NCBI GenBank assembly: GCA_020632235.1
Contig: JACKFY010000003.1
Location: 160,139 to 221,608, forward strand
Origin: Pseudomonadales bacterium
GTDB taxonomy: Bacteria; Patescibacteriota; Microgenomatia; UBA1400; PJMF01
Reading direction: 5' to 3'
DNA length: 61,470 nt
The translations under genes were made by a program, and so were the position numbers. Numbering within the stretch: the stretch's first letter is position 1; every line of letters starts with the position of its first letter. This document shows positions 27,409 through 38,052 of this stretch, in pieces. Below the pieces are notes generated by a model. The model made no database searches and was not told the DNA's origin. It saw nothing but the letters and a program-made list of their open reading frames with translations.

Positions 27409-28592
27409 AACAAACCGCCGTTGTTATCATTCCCACCTACAATGAGCGGGAAAATATAACCACTACTATCGAAGCACTTCTAGCCGTATTCAAAACAATC
27501 TCTGATTGGAAGATGTTTATTTTAGTTGTTGATGATACATCACCAGACAAAACATACGAAGTAGTGCGCCAGGTTGCCGCAAAAAACAAACAAGTGCACT
27601 TACTGCTCAATAAAAAAAAGTCGGGACTAGGTGGCGCTTACCTCAAAGGCATGGAGTACGCCTTTGGCACTCTGCAGGCCGACGCAGTATTTGAGTTTGA
27701 CGCCGATCTTTCTCATGACCCACAGCGTATTCCGGCCTTTCTCAAACAATTACATGAGGGAGCTGATATGGTGCTTGGATCACGCTACATACAGGGCGGC
27801 TCTATTCCTAGCAATTGGGGGGCGCATCGAAAATTGCTCAGTATTGGCGGCAACACGCTCATCACCGTTGTCTTGGGAAATAGAAGCATTCGAGATTGGA
27901 CAACAGGGTATCGCGCACTTACGAAAGATGTCTATCTGGCCGTTGAGCCACACCTACACGCAGAAAAATTTACTGGCTATACCTTTCAAATTGGATTTTT
28001 ACACACTGCTATAGAAAATGGATTTCGCGTCGTTGAGGTGCCCATCCACTTTGTGGACAGAGCGTATGGTGAATCTAAAATTGGCCCCGAGTACATCACC
28101 AACACGCTCCGCTACATTGTGCGGGTGCGAGCAAGCTCGCTTATAAAATCTCGGTTTTTTAAGTTTATGGTGGTGGGGGCTATTGGTGCAGCTGTGCAGC
28201 TGGTATCACTTCAAGTACTTCGGGTAGTACTTCCAGAATTTTCTCTCTTTCATCTTGACACCTACATGTTGGCCTCAATAGTGAGTATAGAACTAGCCGT
28301 ACTTTCAAACTTTATTCTCAATAATACCTGGACATTTGCTGATAGAAAACTACAGGTAGGTGAGTACGTACAAAAATTTTTCCAGTTTAATATGGCTTCA
28401 TTAGGCTCCATTGGTGTGCAACTGGTGATAGCATTTTTGGGGAAAACACTCATTGGTTTGAAGCACTTGTTTACCGTGCCCTTGATTGGAATATCTGTCG
28501 ATACAGGCTTGGTCTTTGCTGTTGTTGGCATCTTGGTGGGTATGGCATGGAACTTTTTTGCCTACACTACTTTTATCTGGAAAAAAAAGTAA
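27405..28592 (+). CDS. Polyprenol-phosphate hexose synthase (DPM1-like GT2) fused to a GtrA flippase domain
   Basis: [37 protein letters not shown]; C-terminal [19 protein letters not shown] GtrA pattern. Confidence 0.88.
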   Translation: MKQTAVVIIPTYNERENITTTIEALLAVFKTISDWKMFILVVDDTSPDKTYEVVRQVAAKNKQVHLLLNKKKSGLGGAYLKGMEYAFGTLQADAVFEFDADLSHDPQRIPAFLKQLHEGADMVLGSRYIQGGSIPSNWGAHRKLLSIGGNTLITVVLGNRSIRDWTTGYRALTKDVYLAVEPHLHAEKFTGYTFQIGFLHTAIENGFRVVEVPIHFVDRAYGESKIGPEYITNTLRYIVRVRASSLIKSRFFKFMVVGAIGAAVQLVSLQVLRVVLPEFSLFHLDTYMLASIVSIELAVLSNFILNNTWTFADRKLQVGEYVQKFFQFNMASLGSIGVQLVIAFLGKTLIGLKHLFTVPLIGISVDTGLVFAVVGILVGMAWNFFAYTTFIWKKK

Positions 28593-28619
28593 TACCTTCT
28601 TGGGCTATCACCATCCTTC

Positions 28620-30173
28620 ATGAAAACACTCACCGCACTACTCCACTCGCTACAAACCTGGGAAAAGGTGCTACTTATAAGCTGTATTGTAGCAGGAGCA
28701 TTCCTGTATTTTTTTCAAGTGAATCAAACACTGCAGTTTCAGGGAGACCAAGGCAGAGATGCACTCATCGTTTCACGCATATTTACCCAACATGACTTTG
28801 TGTTCATCGGCCCTGTAACCAGTGTGGGCAATATGTACTTGGGGCCCCTCTACTACTACTTTATGCTGCCGTTTTTATGGGTCACCTACCCCAGCCCTAT
28901 GGGACCGGTCTATGCGGTGGGCGCGCTCGCGCTGTTGGTTATACCCTTGTTATATTTGTTTGTCAGGAAATTATTTGGGCCAACTGCCGCTGCTGCCGCT
29001 GTGATACTCTATACAAGTAGTGCTGTGTTTGTGGCGCACGCTCGTTTTAGTTGGAATCCTAACCCCGAACCCATCGTGATGCTGGGAATGCTGTTTGGTA
29101 GTTATAAGGCGTGGATAGAAAAAGATCATAGGTACTGGCTGCTTGTCTCACTTTGTTTTAGCGCGCTCTTACAACTCCACTACGTAACACTCATTACTGC
29201 TGTGGGTGCGCTATTCCTTTGGATGCTGAGCTTTAAAACAGAGCTAAAAAAATACCAAAAAAAGAGAAAAAAAATACTTTCCTCTGGTTTTATGCGTAGC
29301 ACAGTACTTGCCATCGGCCTATTTCTCGTCTCACTCACACCTCTACTTTTATTTGATCTCAAACATGATTTTTTGAATGCTCGCTCATTTACCGAGCTCA
29401 TCACCAGCTCAAACTCATTCAACCCTGCGCACGCTGCTGCTGAAAAACAATCAAGCATCATACAGATGTATGATAGAACGCTCCAGATTCTTTATTTTGA
29501 GTTGCTTGATGACATACATATCGCTACCGCTACTACCTTTTTCTTGCTTGAAGTACTAGTCGTGCTTATTTTTTTTATACAGTCAGACTCACATAAAGAA
29601 AAGCAATCGCTGCTCTTACTTCTTTTCTACTTGGTTCCCACCTGTTTCGCGCTGGGTATGTACAACCGAGATGTCTACGCGCACTACATTCTCTTTGCTT
29701 TACTGATCTCGGTCATGTTACATGGGTTCGTACTCGCACACGCTGTGCGTCAACACACACACAGTATCACCATCGTGCCACTCGTACTATTTTTATCAGC
29801 ATATATTATTTCAAATGCGCGCTCACTACCTCTCACTCCACCCTCATGGACAGTCTCTGATATCTGGCACCTCTCAAACACCATTGCTGATCGAGTAACA
29901 CCAGGAGAAGCATATAACATCTCAGTTATTAACAACGGCGGTGATAACGAAGGTATGAACTATCGATACTTTCTCACAACAACCAACACTCCGCCACTCC
30001 AAAAAGAAGAGTACGATACCGCCCAGACCCTCTTTATCATCAATGAAATGCCGTTTGAGGTCACAAATCCTACCAGCTCTCCTCTCTATGAGATCGTTGT
30101 GTTTCCTAACAAAATTCCAGCAGAGGTGTATACTGTTGGTGGTGACCACCAAGTAGTTGTTCTGCGAAGATAA
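28620..30173 (+). CDS. GT-C fold glycosyltransferase (ArnT/GT39-like)
   Basis: FQGDQGRD, GPVTSVG..YLGPLYYY, RFSWNPN, LQLHY. Confidence 0.85.
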   Translation: MKTLTALLHSLQTWEKVLLISCIVAGAFLYFFQVNQTLQFQGDQGRDALIVSRIFTQHDFVFIGPVTSVGNMYLGPLYYYFMLPFLWVTYPSPMGPVYAVGALALLVIPLLYLFVRKLFGPTAAAAAVILYTSSAVFVAHARFSWNPNPEPIVMLGMLFGSYKAWIEKDHRYWLLVSLCFSALLQLHYVTLITAVGALFLWMLSFKTELKKYQKKRKKILSSGFMRSTVLAIGLFLVSLTPLLLFDLKHDFLNARSFTELITSSNSFNPAHAAAEKQSSIIQMYDRTLQILYFELLDDIHIATATTFFLLEVLVVLIFFIQSDSHKEKQSLLLLLFYLVPTCFALGMYNRDVYAHYILFALLISVMLHGFVLAHAVRQHTHSITIVPLVLFLSAYIISNARSLPLTPPSWTVSDIWHLSNTIADRVTPGEAYNISVINNGGDNEGMNYRYFLTTTNTPPLQKEEYDTAQTLFIINEMPFEVTNPTSSPLYEIVVFPNKIPAEVYTVGGDHQVVVLRR

Positions 30174-30185
30174 TCTTAGATACAC

Positions 30186-30962
30186 ATGTCAACATCTCAA
30201 CCCTTTATTTCTATCGTCATCCCCTCCTATAATGAAATGAAAAACATTCGTCACGGGGTGCTTGATGAAGTGCTGTCATTTCTACAAGAGCAATCATTTT
30301 CTTGGGAAGTTGTCTTAAGTGATGACGGCTCAAGTGATGGAACAGTGGAAGAGCTTGAAAAATGTGCTAAAAAAGATGCCCGCATTCGCGTGCTAGAAAA
30401 CCCACATCGTGGCAAAGCACCAACGGTCAAGGCTGGCATGCTGAAAGCAACTGGCAAGTGGCGGCTGTTTACCGACTTTGACCAGTCTACTCCACTCTCA
30501 GAACTCACAACGTTTTTACAGATAGTCAAGCAACAAAACCCTGACATCATTATTGGCTCTCGCGAAGGTGATGGAGCCCAGAGAGACAAAGAACCGTTTC
30601 ACCGACACCTAATGGGTCGGGTGTTTAATACTCTCGTCCAGCTGCTCGCTGTTCCTGGTATTGAAGACACCCAGTGTGGATTTAAGCTATTTTCCCAAGA
30701 TGCTACAAAGCACCTCTTTAACAACCTCGTGATTTACGGTGATGAGGTAGAGCGCACGGATGCATTTACTGGCGCCTTTGACGTTGAGTTGCTCTTTTTA
30801 GCCAGAAAATACAATTACCAAGTGGTAGAGCAACCTATTGTTTGGCGACATGCTGCCTCCGACAGAGTTAGCCCTGTGAAAGACTCACTGAGAATGTTTC
30901 GTGATATCGTGCGCATTCGCCTGGCAGACTTGACAGGAAAGTATCGATCCTCACACTCATGA
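30186..30962 (+). CDS. Dolichyl/polyprenyl-phosphate beta-glucosyltransferase-like GT2
   Basis: IPSYNE, DDGSSD, GKAPTV, FTDFDQSTP, DTQCGFKLF, FDVELLF. Confidence 0.88.
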   Translation: MSTSQPFISIVIPSYNEMKNIRHGVLDEVLSFLQEQSFSWEVVLSDDGSSDGTVEELEKCAKKDARIRVLENPHRGKAPTVKAGMLKATGKWRLFTDFDQSTPLSELTTFLQIVKQQNPDIIIGSREGDGAQRDKEPFHRHLMGRVFNTLVQLLAVPGIEDTQCGFKLFSQDATKHLFNNLVIYGDEVERTDAFTGAFDVELLFLARKYNYQVVEQPIVWRHAASDRVSPVKDSLRMFRDIVRIRLADLTGKYRSSHS

Positions 30963-32155
30963 TGACCAAACTGCTGCTGGCACGATGGATTGGTGTTGCA
31001 GCAATGTGGCTGGTGTTTTCCTATAGCTTTACTGATCCTAATCTAACGCTCGTCAACCATTCTCTGTATGTATCGCTTCAGGAATGGCTCTGGCAGCATC
31101 TATTTGCCAACAAACAACTACTCACTACGTTGTTTTTTCTGTTTGTGTTTATTTTATTTTTTCTGTATTTTTCCTCAATTAAAAAATATGAAAAAATTCT
31201 TGGGTATCCAATAGTATTAGTAGGTATATTTATTCTACTCACACTCTCCTACCCCGCCCTCTCGCACGATATTTTTAACTACATCTTTAATGCTAAAATA
31301 GTATGGGTTTACCAAAAAAATCCACATGAAGTAGCTGCCCTCTCATTCCCAGATGATGTGTGGACACGCTTTATGCATAACACACACACACCAGCTCCCT
31401 ACGGCTACGGCTGGACACTCATCTCGCTTGCTCCTTTCTCTTTAGGACTCTCAAAATTTATGCCCACATTTTTTTTATTTAAATTTTTTTCCTTTTTTTC
31501 ATATATATCATTTTTTGTACTTTTTACAAAAAAAGTGACTCTCTCTCGCTACACGCTGCTGTTCTTACTCAATCCACTGGTACTCATCGAAATTCTTAGC
31601 TCAGCACACAATGACCTGTGGATGATGCTGCCTGCCGTAGGAGCCATCATGCTTCTGATGAAAAACAGGTTGAGTAAAAAAAATAGCATACTTGCTCTCT
31701 TACTCCTTACTGTTTCTATCTCAATCAAGCTTGTTACCGTAGTACTACTCCCCATCTATCTCCTCAGACTCGCAGTAGAACACTGGAATCATCCACTACG
31801 CTCACTCTATATGCAGTCGCTACCCCTCTTTTCCTCACTCATACTGTTTCTGCCACTCATGACCGAGCGCTCTCAACAATTTTTACCGTGGTACCTGGCG
31901 TGGTCGCTCTGCTGGCTACCACTCTTTGCATACATACAGCATCCTGTGCTCAAAAAACTAGGTATCTACTGGAGTACTGTGCTTATTACCTTTTCGGCTA
32001 GCTCATTGTTTCGCTACCTACCTTGGATATATGAAAACGGCTACTCACCAGAAATACAGCTACAGCAACGCCTCATCACGTGGATTCCGGGACTAATCGC
32101 GTGTGTACTCATCTGTATGCACTGGGCGCATCAACGACAGACAACAGCATCATGA
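30959..32155 (+). CDS. GT-C glycosyltransferase (MptA/GT87-like)
   Basis: SHDIFNY, APYGYGW, NPLVLIE, AHNDLWM, SIK, PWY. Confidence 0.75.
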   Translation: MMTKLLLARWIGVAAMWLVFSYSFTDPNLTLVNHSLYVSLQEWLWQHLFANKQLLTTLFFLFVFILFFLYFSSIKKYEKILGYPIVLVGIFILLTLSYPALSHDIFNYIFNAKIVWVYQKNPHEVAALSFPDDVWTRFMHNTHTPAPYGYGWTLISLAPFSLGLSKFMPTFFLFKFFSFFSYISFFVLFTKKVTLSRYTLLFLLNPLVLIEILSSAHNDLWMMLPAVGAIMLLMKNRLSKKNSILALLLLTVSISIKLVTVVLLPIYLLRLAVEHWNHPLRSLYMQSLPLFSSLILFLPLMTERSQQFLPWYLAWSLCWLPLFAYIQHPVLKKLGIYWSTVLITFSASSLFRYLPWIYENGYSPEIQLQQRLITWIPGLIACVLICMHWAHQRQTTAS

Positions 32156-33692
32156 AAAAACTATTTTTGTTACTACTCTTTTTCTACGTGATCTTGACCA
32201 TACCAGCACTCACCTCCATACCCGTGTTTGCCGATGAGGCTATCTATATTCGCTGGGCACAACTCATTCTCTCCGATCCACAACAGTACCTTTTTTTTTC
32301 TCTCAATGACGGAAAAACGCCTCTTTTTATCTGGCTACTAACACCATTTTTGCGCATTTTTTCTGATCCACTCATGGCTGGCAGAGCTTTGAGTGTGTGT
32401 GTTGGAGCCGGGCAAGTGATGGCTGTGGTTATGCTTGCACAGACCATAAAATTGTCAAAACAAACACAGTTATTTTCTGGAATGCTAGCTGCCAGTCTTC
32501 CTATTTTCCTGATACACAATAGACTGGCGGTCATGGACGGACTTCTCACGCTTTTGGTAACACTCAGCGCACTCTTTTTTTTGCGCTACACCCAATACCT
32601 CTCTAGTAATAAACTCTCTATTACTCGCGCATACATCTGTTCACGGTGGCTGTGGATGGCTGCAGGATGCTTTTTCTTAGCACTGATGAGTAAACTCACA
32701 GCTGTGATTGCGTTTCCTGTAGTGGTGCTTATTGGCTTTTTTCCTTTCAAGTTTTCATCACGAGGAATGCAACAGTGGTTGTTGGTTGGAGCACTGTTTG
32801 GAGGAATCAGCATGGGTTTGTTTTCACTCCTCGCCCTCCACCCTGCGTTCCCCAGCTTTTTTCACGAGGAGGTGATTTTTTGCGCCCCATCAGCTCGCTT
32901 TTTCACTCATCGTTTGTGTATAGAAGCGCTGGCAACCTGCGTTTTATACTCTCTGTATTCTGGCAGTACTTCACTCCCGGATTTTCTATCTTACTGGTAG
33001 CAAGCATACTGTTGAAAAAAAAATCTACTACTCTCCTCCTACTTGCTGGCAGCTCGTTTCTCTCGCCACTCATCCTCCTGGCTGATGTACTACACAGTAG
33101 ATACCTCTTGCCTGCCGTTCCCTTTTTTGCGATAGCTGTTGGCTCGGTGCTAGAAGCATCGTATCAGCAGTTGACAAAACAGTTCAAAGCACCACTCGTC
33201 ATTCAATGCCTGCTCTTTACTTTATTTGTGCCATCGTTACTGTTTCTCTATCAACTCTGGACCAACCCCATCTCTGCCAATTGGGTAGCTGATGATGAAA
33301 GCCAGTTATTTACTTCTTGGTCGTCAGGGCACGGCATTAAAGAAGTATCCACTCTCATTCTTGAAGAATCCCGTAGCACTCCAGTTGCAGTAGCAACTGA
33401 AGGCTACTTCGGCACACTACCAGACGGTATACTGATGTATCTGTTTGGTAAATCTGGAGAGTACTACGTTGAGGGCATTGGCCAACCCGTGCGTGAAGTA
33501 TCGGGTAAGTACGCACGGCTGAGTCAAGGGTACGAAAAAAAATGGCTTGTCGTGAACAGTCATCGGCTAGACATGCAGCTTCCCCCAGAGTTACTCATCA
33601 GCGAGTTTTGTCGACCATTGAGCGCCCCCTGCCTGCAGCTGTGGGACGTTTCTTCCATCGCTCCCACTCAATCAAAAGAGGTGCTGCCGTAA
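32152..33692 (+). pseudogene. GT-C glycosyltransferase (GT39-like) split by a single frameshift
   Basis: PVFADEAIYIRWAQ, DGKTPLF; one extra C in the CCCC run at 32850-32853 joins ORFs 32080..33000 and 32775..33692 as HPAFPQLFSRGGDF; may be a sequencing error. Confidence 0.75.
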
Positions 33693-34512
33693 AGGTAGAC
33701 GAGTAGGTGCCCGTAATCGCACCTATCAAGAGTGCCAAGGCAAATCCAAAGATGCTCTCTCCACCAAGTAACACCAGTGATAACAGCATAATAATGATAG
33801 TGAGTGAGTTATTAAGCGAGCGACCCAGTGTTTCAAGTACTGCTACTCCAACAAGTTCGTGCATGGGGGCTCTTGTATGTGATCGCTGCAGCTCTCTAAT
33901 ACGATCAAACACCACAATGGTATCGTGCACCGAGAACGAAAGAGTGGTGAGTACTGCTGTCACAAATAGCGTGTCAACTTGCAGAGGTAACACCAGTGAT
34001 AGCATGCTGTAGCTACCCACCAACACCACTGTGTCATGGAGCATTGCTAAAAGTGCCGAGACCCCAAATTGAAGGTCTGAGAACTGGCGCCAGACATACA
34101 ACACAATGCATATGGCCGCGATCAGCACGGCAGTCAGGGTTTTCGTCAATAACTCACTACTAAATGTCGGGCCAACAGTTGCAAACTGTTGCTCACTCGC
34201 TGGGGCAATGTTCGAGAGAGTGGCTAAAGCTGCATCCTTTTGTGACAATTCCATTTGATCAAAGCGGAGTGAAAACTGGTTATTGCCAAGACTACGCACT
34301 GACTCAAATCGAAAGCTTTCATATGGGAGTAGTGCTGCTTCTACCTCTTGGGTCGTCACAACTTGATTGCTCGAAAACGAAACATCAAGGAGCGAACCGC
34401 CCGTAAAGTCAACGCCCAGCGGCACACCGTTGAAACCCAAAGAGATAAGACCAGGAACAATAACCAAGAGTGATATCACAAAGTACCAACGGTAGTGTTT
34501 CATCAAGTTCAT
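33598..34512 (-). CDS. secF: Protein translocase subunit SecF
   Basis: LGVDFTGG, VGPTFS, AMLHD, FSVHDTIVVFDRIRE, GTYSSTF. Confidence 0.96.
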   Translation of the reverse strand: MNLMKHYRWYFVISLLVIVPGLISLGFNGVPLGVDFTGGSLLDVSFSSNQVVTTQEVEAALLPYESFRFESVRSLGNNQFSLRFDQMELSQKDAALATLSNIAPASEQQFATVGPTFSSELLTKTLTAVLIAAICIVLYVWRQFSDLQFGVSALLAMLHDTVVLVGSYSMLSLVLPLQVDTLFVTAVLTTLSFSVHDTIVVFDRIRELQRSHTRAPMHELVGVAVLETLGRSLNNSLTIIIMLLSLVLLGGESIFGFALALLIGAITGTYSSTFTAAPLLIEWERWKKRPTAAGRGRSMVDKTR

Positions 34513-35882
34513 AGGCGTTCTTCTCCAAGATTATCGGTACGCAAAAATGCACGCAGCAAAACCCTTGAAATAAACACGCCAGTAAACAGCCCCAACAACA
34601 CTCCTATCAAAAGCGTAATACCAAACCCACGCACAATACCACTGGTGCTCAAAAAGCTGACATTGAGTGGGTTGATAAGAATAAGAGAGGTGAGAATGGT
34701 CGCAACATTAGCATCTTTAATGCTATCCCAGGCTCTACCAAACCCGAGCTCAAGTGCTTGGTTACCTGATTTGCCACTCCGCAGTTCTTCTTTCATACGT
34801 TCAAAAATGAGAATATTGGCATCCACCGCCATACCCACCGAAAGAAGTAGGCCTGCGATGCCAGGTAGGGTGAGGGTAACTCCCAGCACTTTATACACAG
34901 CGATGGTCATCACACCGTAGAGGGCAAGTGCTAATGAAACAATAGCGCCTTTTGTCCCGTACATACTGATCATAAACACCACTACAGCAACTAGGCCAAT
35001 CAAGCCAGCTACCGTGCTTTGTTTGATCGAGGCTGCTCCTAAAGAAGCACCAATGCTGCGTTGCTCTAAAATAGAAACTGGCACAGGAAGTGCACCTGCA
35101 TTCAGCTGGATACTCAACTCTTTGGCTTGCTCGACGGTCATACCACCACTAATAACTGCCTGACCGTTTACAATAGGTTCTCTGATAACTGGCGCCATGA
35201 TCGACACGCCATCAAGCACAATCGCCAATGCTTGCCCGGTATGATCGGTGGTAATCTGAGAAAATAACTCTGTTCCTTCGCTATTAAATGAAATGCCCAC
35301 CACAGGCTCACCCGTATCGGGTTGAAACTGCACGGTGGATTTTTGCAGTTGTGAACCATCAAGATCGGTAGGTTGTAGTAGTGATGCAGAGGTACTTGCA
35401 TCAGTGACTGTTTGTGCAGCTTGCGTATCCAACAGAGCAAACGAAAGCTGCGCTGTGGTCCCCACCAGACTCAATGCCTCTGCCGGGTCCTCAACACCAG
35501 GCAGCTCCACCAACACACGGTAGGCATCGGTGCTGACCGAGGTCTGCACGTTTGGTTCTGAAATACCGTACAGGTCCACCCTCCTGGTGATGATTGCTCG
35601 CACCGTTTCAAGCGCATCAGCTCTATCAGCAGCAGAAACACCCGACATATCAGCGTCAAGCAAGATCTGCATACCTCCCTGAATATCAAGCCCTTTTTTA
35701 AGCTCAAAAGTCTTATGCACCAGCCTATCACCCAGCATAAATGAAATAGTAGGAGAAGTGATAGGAAGTGTGTACTGCCTACCCATTAGGACAATCTGGG
35801 TTGGAGTGCTCGGTAGAGCAATAATCGTAGAGACAATAGCCAGCAGTACAATCTCAATCAATTTCTTGGTTAATCCTGACAT
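34509..35882 (-). CDS. secD: Protein translocase subunit SecD
   Basis: KGLDIQGG, RRVDLYGISEP, LNAGALPVP, IGASLG, GMAVDANILIFER. Confidence 0.96.
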   Translation of the reverse strand: MSGLTKKLIEIVLLAIVSTIIALPSTPTQIVLMGRQYTLPITSPTISFMLGDRLVHKTFELKKGLDIQGGMQILLDADMSGVSAADRADALETVRAIITRRVDLYGISEPNVQTSVSTDAYRVLVELPGVEDPAEALSLVGTTAQLSFALLDTQAAQTVTDASTSASLLQPTDLDGSQLQKSTVQFQPDTGEPVVGISFNSEGTELFSQITTDHTGQALAIVLDGVSIMAPVIREPIVNGQAVISGGMTVEQAKELSIQLNAGALPVPVSILEQRSIGASLGAASIKQSTVAGLIGLVAVVVFMISMYGTKGAIVSLALALYGVMTIAVYKVLGVTLTLPGIAGLLLSVGMAVDANILIFERMKEELRSGKSGNQALELGFGRAWDSIKDANVATILTSLILINPLNVSFLSTSGIVRGFGITLLIGVLLGLFTGVFISRVLLRAFLRTDNLGEERL

Positions 35883-35885
35883 AGG

Positions 35886-36485
35886 CTAGATTCCAGGCAC
35901 TGATCGCTCTGAAAAGTCATCCTCATTGCCAATAACCATTACTTTGGTTGAGTATAAAATATCCATCACAAATGGGTCACGACGTGTTTTTCGAAACTCA
36001 AACTCTTCGTCGCTAAAAACAGCATAGTTAATTTCGCGTTGCACAACCTCTTCTTGCTCTTTGATCAGTGCTTGAAGCTCTGCTATCACAATGTCACCCA
36101 CCACCAACAAATCAACAGCTGAGTTGCGCGGAGGCTGCCCGCGCACAAAGTGGCCAGCAAACATAATAAACGAAACATCGCCAAGCTTTCGACGCAACTT
36201 AACCATTTTCTTGCCTAAACCAGAAGACTTGACTACCATCTGCTGCAGTTCTTGAAAAAACTGATAGCGCTTGTTTAAAAAGTAGTACATTCTGTTACCG
36301 CGTTGCTCGCTCTTGAGTAAACCATAGCCCACCATTTTTTCCAACTCTCTTCTGACGGCATTGATTTCTTCGTTGATCTCTCTGGTGATCTCTCGCACGT
36401 AGTAGAGCTCGTCTGCGTTGTTAAAAAACAACAGCATCATCTTGACGCGAACTTTGGAAATCATGAAGTGTTGCAGTGGATGCAT
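35886..36485 (-). CDS. Winged-HTH protein with a C-terminal minimal-nucleotidyltransferase-like domain
   Basis: SKVRVK..YVREITREINEEINAVRRELEKM HTH; VDLLVVGD, REINY. Confidence 0.7.
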   Translation of the reverse strand: MHPLQHFMISKVRVKMMLLFFNNADELYYVREITREINEEINAVRRELEKMVGYGLLKSEQRGNRMYYFLNKRYQFFQELQQMVVKSSGLGKKMVKLRRKLGDVSFIMFAGHFVRGQPPRNSAVDLLVVGDIVIAELQALIKEQEEVVQREINYAVFSDEEFEFRKTRRDPFVMDILYSTKVMVIGNEDDFSERSVPGI

Positions 36486-36548
36486 AGAAAATCCATTCTA
36501 CCCCAATCACTCACTATTTGGCAGTGATAGTTTTCTTTTTCTCAAACA

Positions 36549-37706
36549 CTAGTTGTAGGAAACTTCACGAGACGTATCAAGTACTGAGATCCAAATGGGT
36601 CCGCGAACAAACTGGACTGGTTTGCCATTAACGGTAAACGAAATCTGTGACTCGCGGGTTGGCTTACTCCACGTTGTCTCCACGACAGTACCATTTTGAA
36701 ACACAAGAGCCTCGCCCGTACCAGTGGTATCATACAGCATGTGCTTGAGCTCGTTGAGGGGACCTCGCTCGTTTGTCTGTAGCACTACCACGTTGGAAAC
36801 AGTCAGCTGAGCATCGTTATTCAGATCAGTGTGTGCTGCTCCCGCCATCGAGCGCTGATAGGTGTTGGTAGCAGCGTCATAGCTCCAGGCAACGGAGTAG
36901 TCATTATATCCTGTCCAGAAAAGGTATGAAAGAGAGCTCGCGTCAGGAGTGCTTATGGGGGCACCATCAGCAAAACTCCACTCTGTGTACCCATCACTCC
37001 ACTCCTTGCCATTAGGAGAGGTGTTGGTCCAGCCTCGAGCGTCACCTACTTCCCACAGTTTCTCGGTGGTGGTCTCCATGGTGTGTTCTGTTGCCACCGG
37101 CCTTCCCAAACGCCCTGCGTTACGCACGAACGTAGGGTAGCCAATCGAGAACTGATTCAAATCATTTTGTTGTGACCAACCGTACTGGTCAAGTTGACCA
37201 AGCGCGTTGGTGGGCCCTGGTAAGTTGGCTCCACCCACATGCACGTAGAGGGGGTAGTTAAATCCAGATGCCCAGTCAATATAGTACGTGCGAGCCGAGC
37301 GAATGGGTGCCAAAGTAGTATCTTCAGCCTGAACATCACAGTAAAATAACGCCATAAACCGAGTGACCCCGCCCTCGGCTAATGCCTCAAACACCACGTC
37401 AGCATTTGAAAGACCTGACTGTGGACGAGCATCAGGCGAGTTTTCGATCATCACCGCCAATGGTCGTCGCTGCTCCCATGCGTCACGCTCTGCCTGGGTG
37501 TAGAGCGCGCCGTTGAGTGGGCATATTTGATCTTTAGGCGCAGACGGATCAATAGCGAGTAGTGAGCCGAGTGCGGTCTCTTCGTCATTCTGTGTTGCCA
37601 CCTGACCAGCACCTCCTAGTGGGTTGAGCGCACTAAATACACCAAACACCGCAATGCTTGATACCAGGTAGGTAAGAACTGCTGTGATGATAATATTTTT
37701 TTTCAT
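36549..37706 (-). CDS. DUF3048 domain exported protein
   Basis: RPLAVMIEN, ARPQSGLSNADVVFE..EGGVTRF, PIRSARTY. Confidence 0.88.
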   Translation of the reverse strand: MKKNIIITAVLTYLVSSIAVFGVFSALNPLGGAGQVATQNDEETALGSLLAIDPSAPKDQICPLNGALYTQAERDAWEQRRPLAVMIENSPDARPQSGLSNADVVFEALAEGGVTRFMALFYCDVQAEDTTLAPIRSARTYYIDWASGFNYPLYVHVGGANLPGPTNALGQLDQYGWSQQNDLNQFSIGYPTFVRNAGRLGRPVATEHTMETTTEKLWEVGDARGWTNTSPNGKEWSDGYTEWSFADGAPISTPDASSLSYLFWTGYNDYSVAWSYDAATNTYQRSMAGAAHTDLNNDAQLTVSNVVVLQTNERGPLNELKHMLYDTTGTGEALVFQNGTVVETTWSKPTRESQISFTVNGKPVQFVRGPIWISVLDTSREVSYN

Positions 37707-37768
37707 AGTATTTTCTTGCTTTAGCTATTTAGGGCAGCCTTCCTGCGCTACTACAACAGCATACCATT

Positions 37769-38032
37769 TTAGCGAATATACATCCAAATGCCAACCAACA
37801 AAGCTATCAAGACGGTACTCACCAGCACTGTTTTTTTGAGGTCTTGATAGATAAATGCTGGGTCGTAGGCAAAGTATGCGGCAAGACTACTTGCTGGTGC
37901 ATCTGAAACAAGACCAGACTGCTCAGAACGGCTGCGCTGTGTGCCCGCTGGCGCATCAAAGGTGTAGACGCCCTCTTCTCGTTTTTGCGAGACTTGCTGC
38001 TTGTGTGCTTTTGTTCTTCTTTGTACTGCCAT
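37769..38032 (-). CDS. Small hypothetical protein with C-terminal TM
   Basis: 87 aa, GAGG SD, IYQDLKKT followed by a hydrophobic helix. Confidence 0.7.
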   Translation of the reverse strand: MAVQRRTKAHKQQVSQKREEGVYTFDAPAGTQRSRSEQSGLVSDAPASSLAAYFAYDPAFIYQDLKKTVLVSTVLIALLVGIWMYIR

Positions 38033-38052
38033 AGCAACCTCTTATGTACTCT

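Noticed and set aside
32775-33000. Two separate overlapping GT genes or programmed frameshifting
   Set aside because: A single missing C in a CCCC run restores one continuous protein, and no slippery heptamer or downstream structure is evident.
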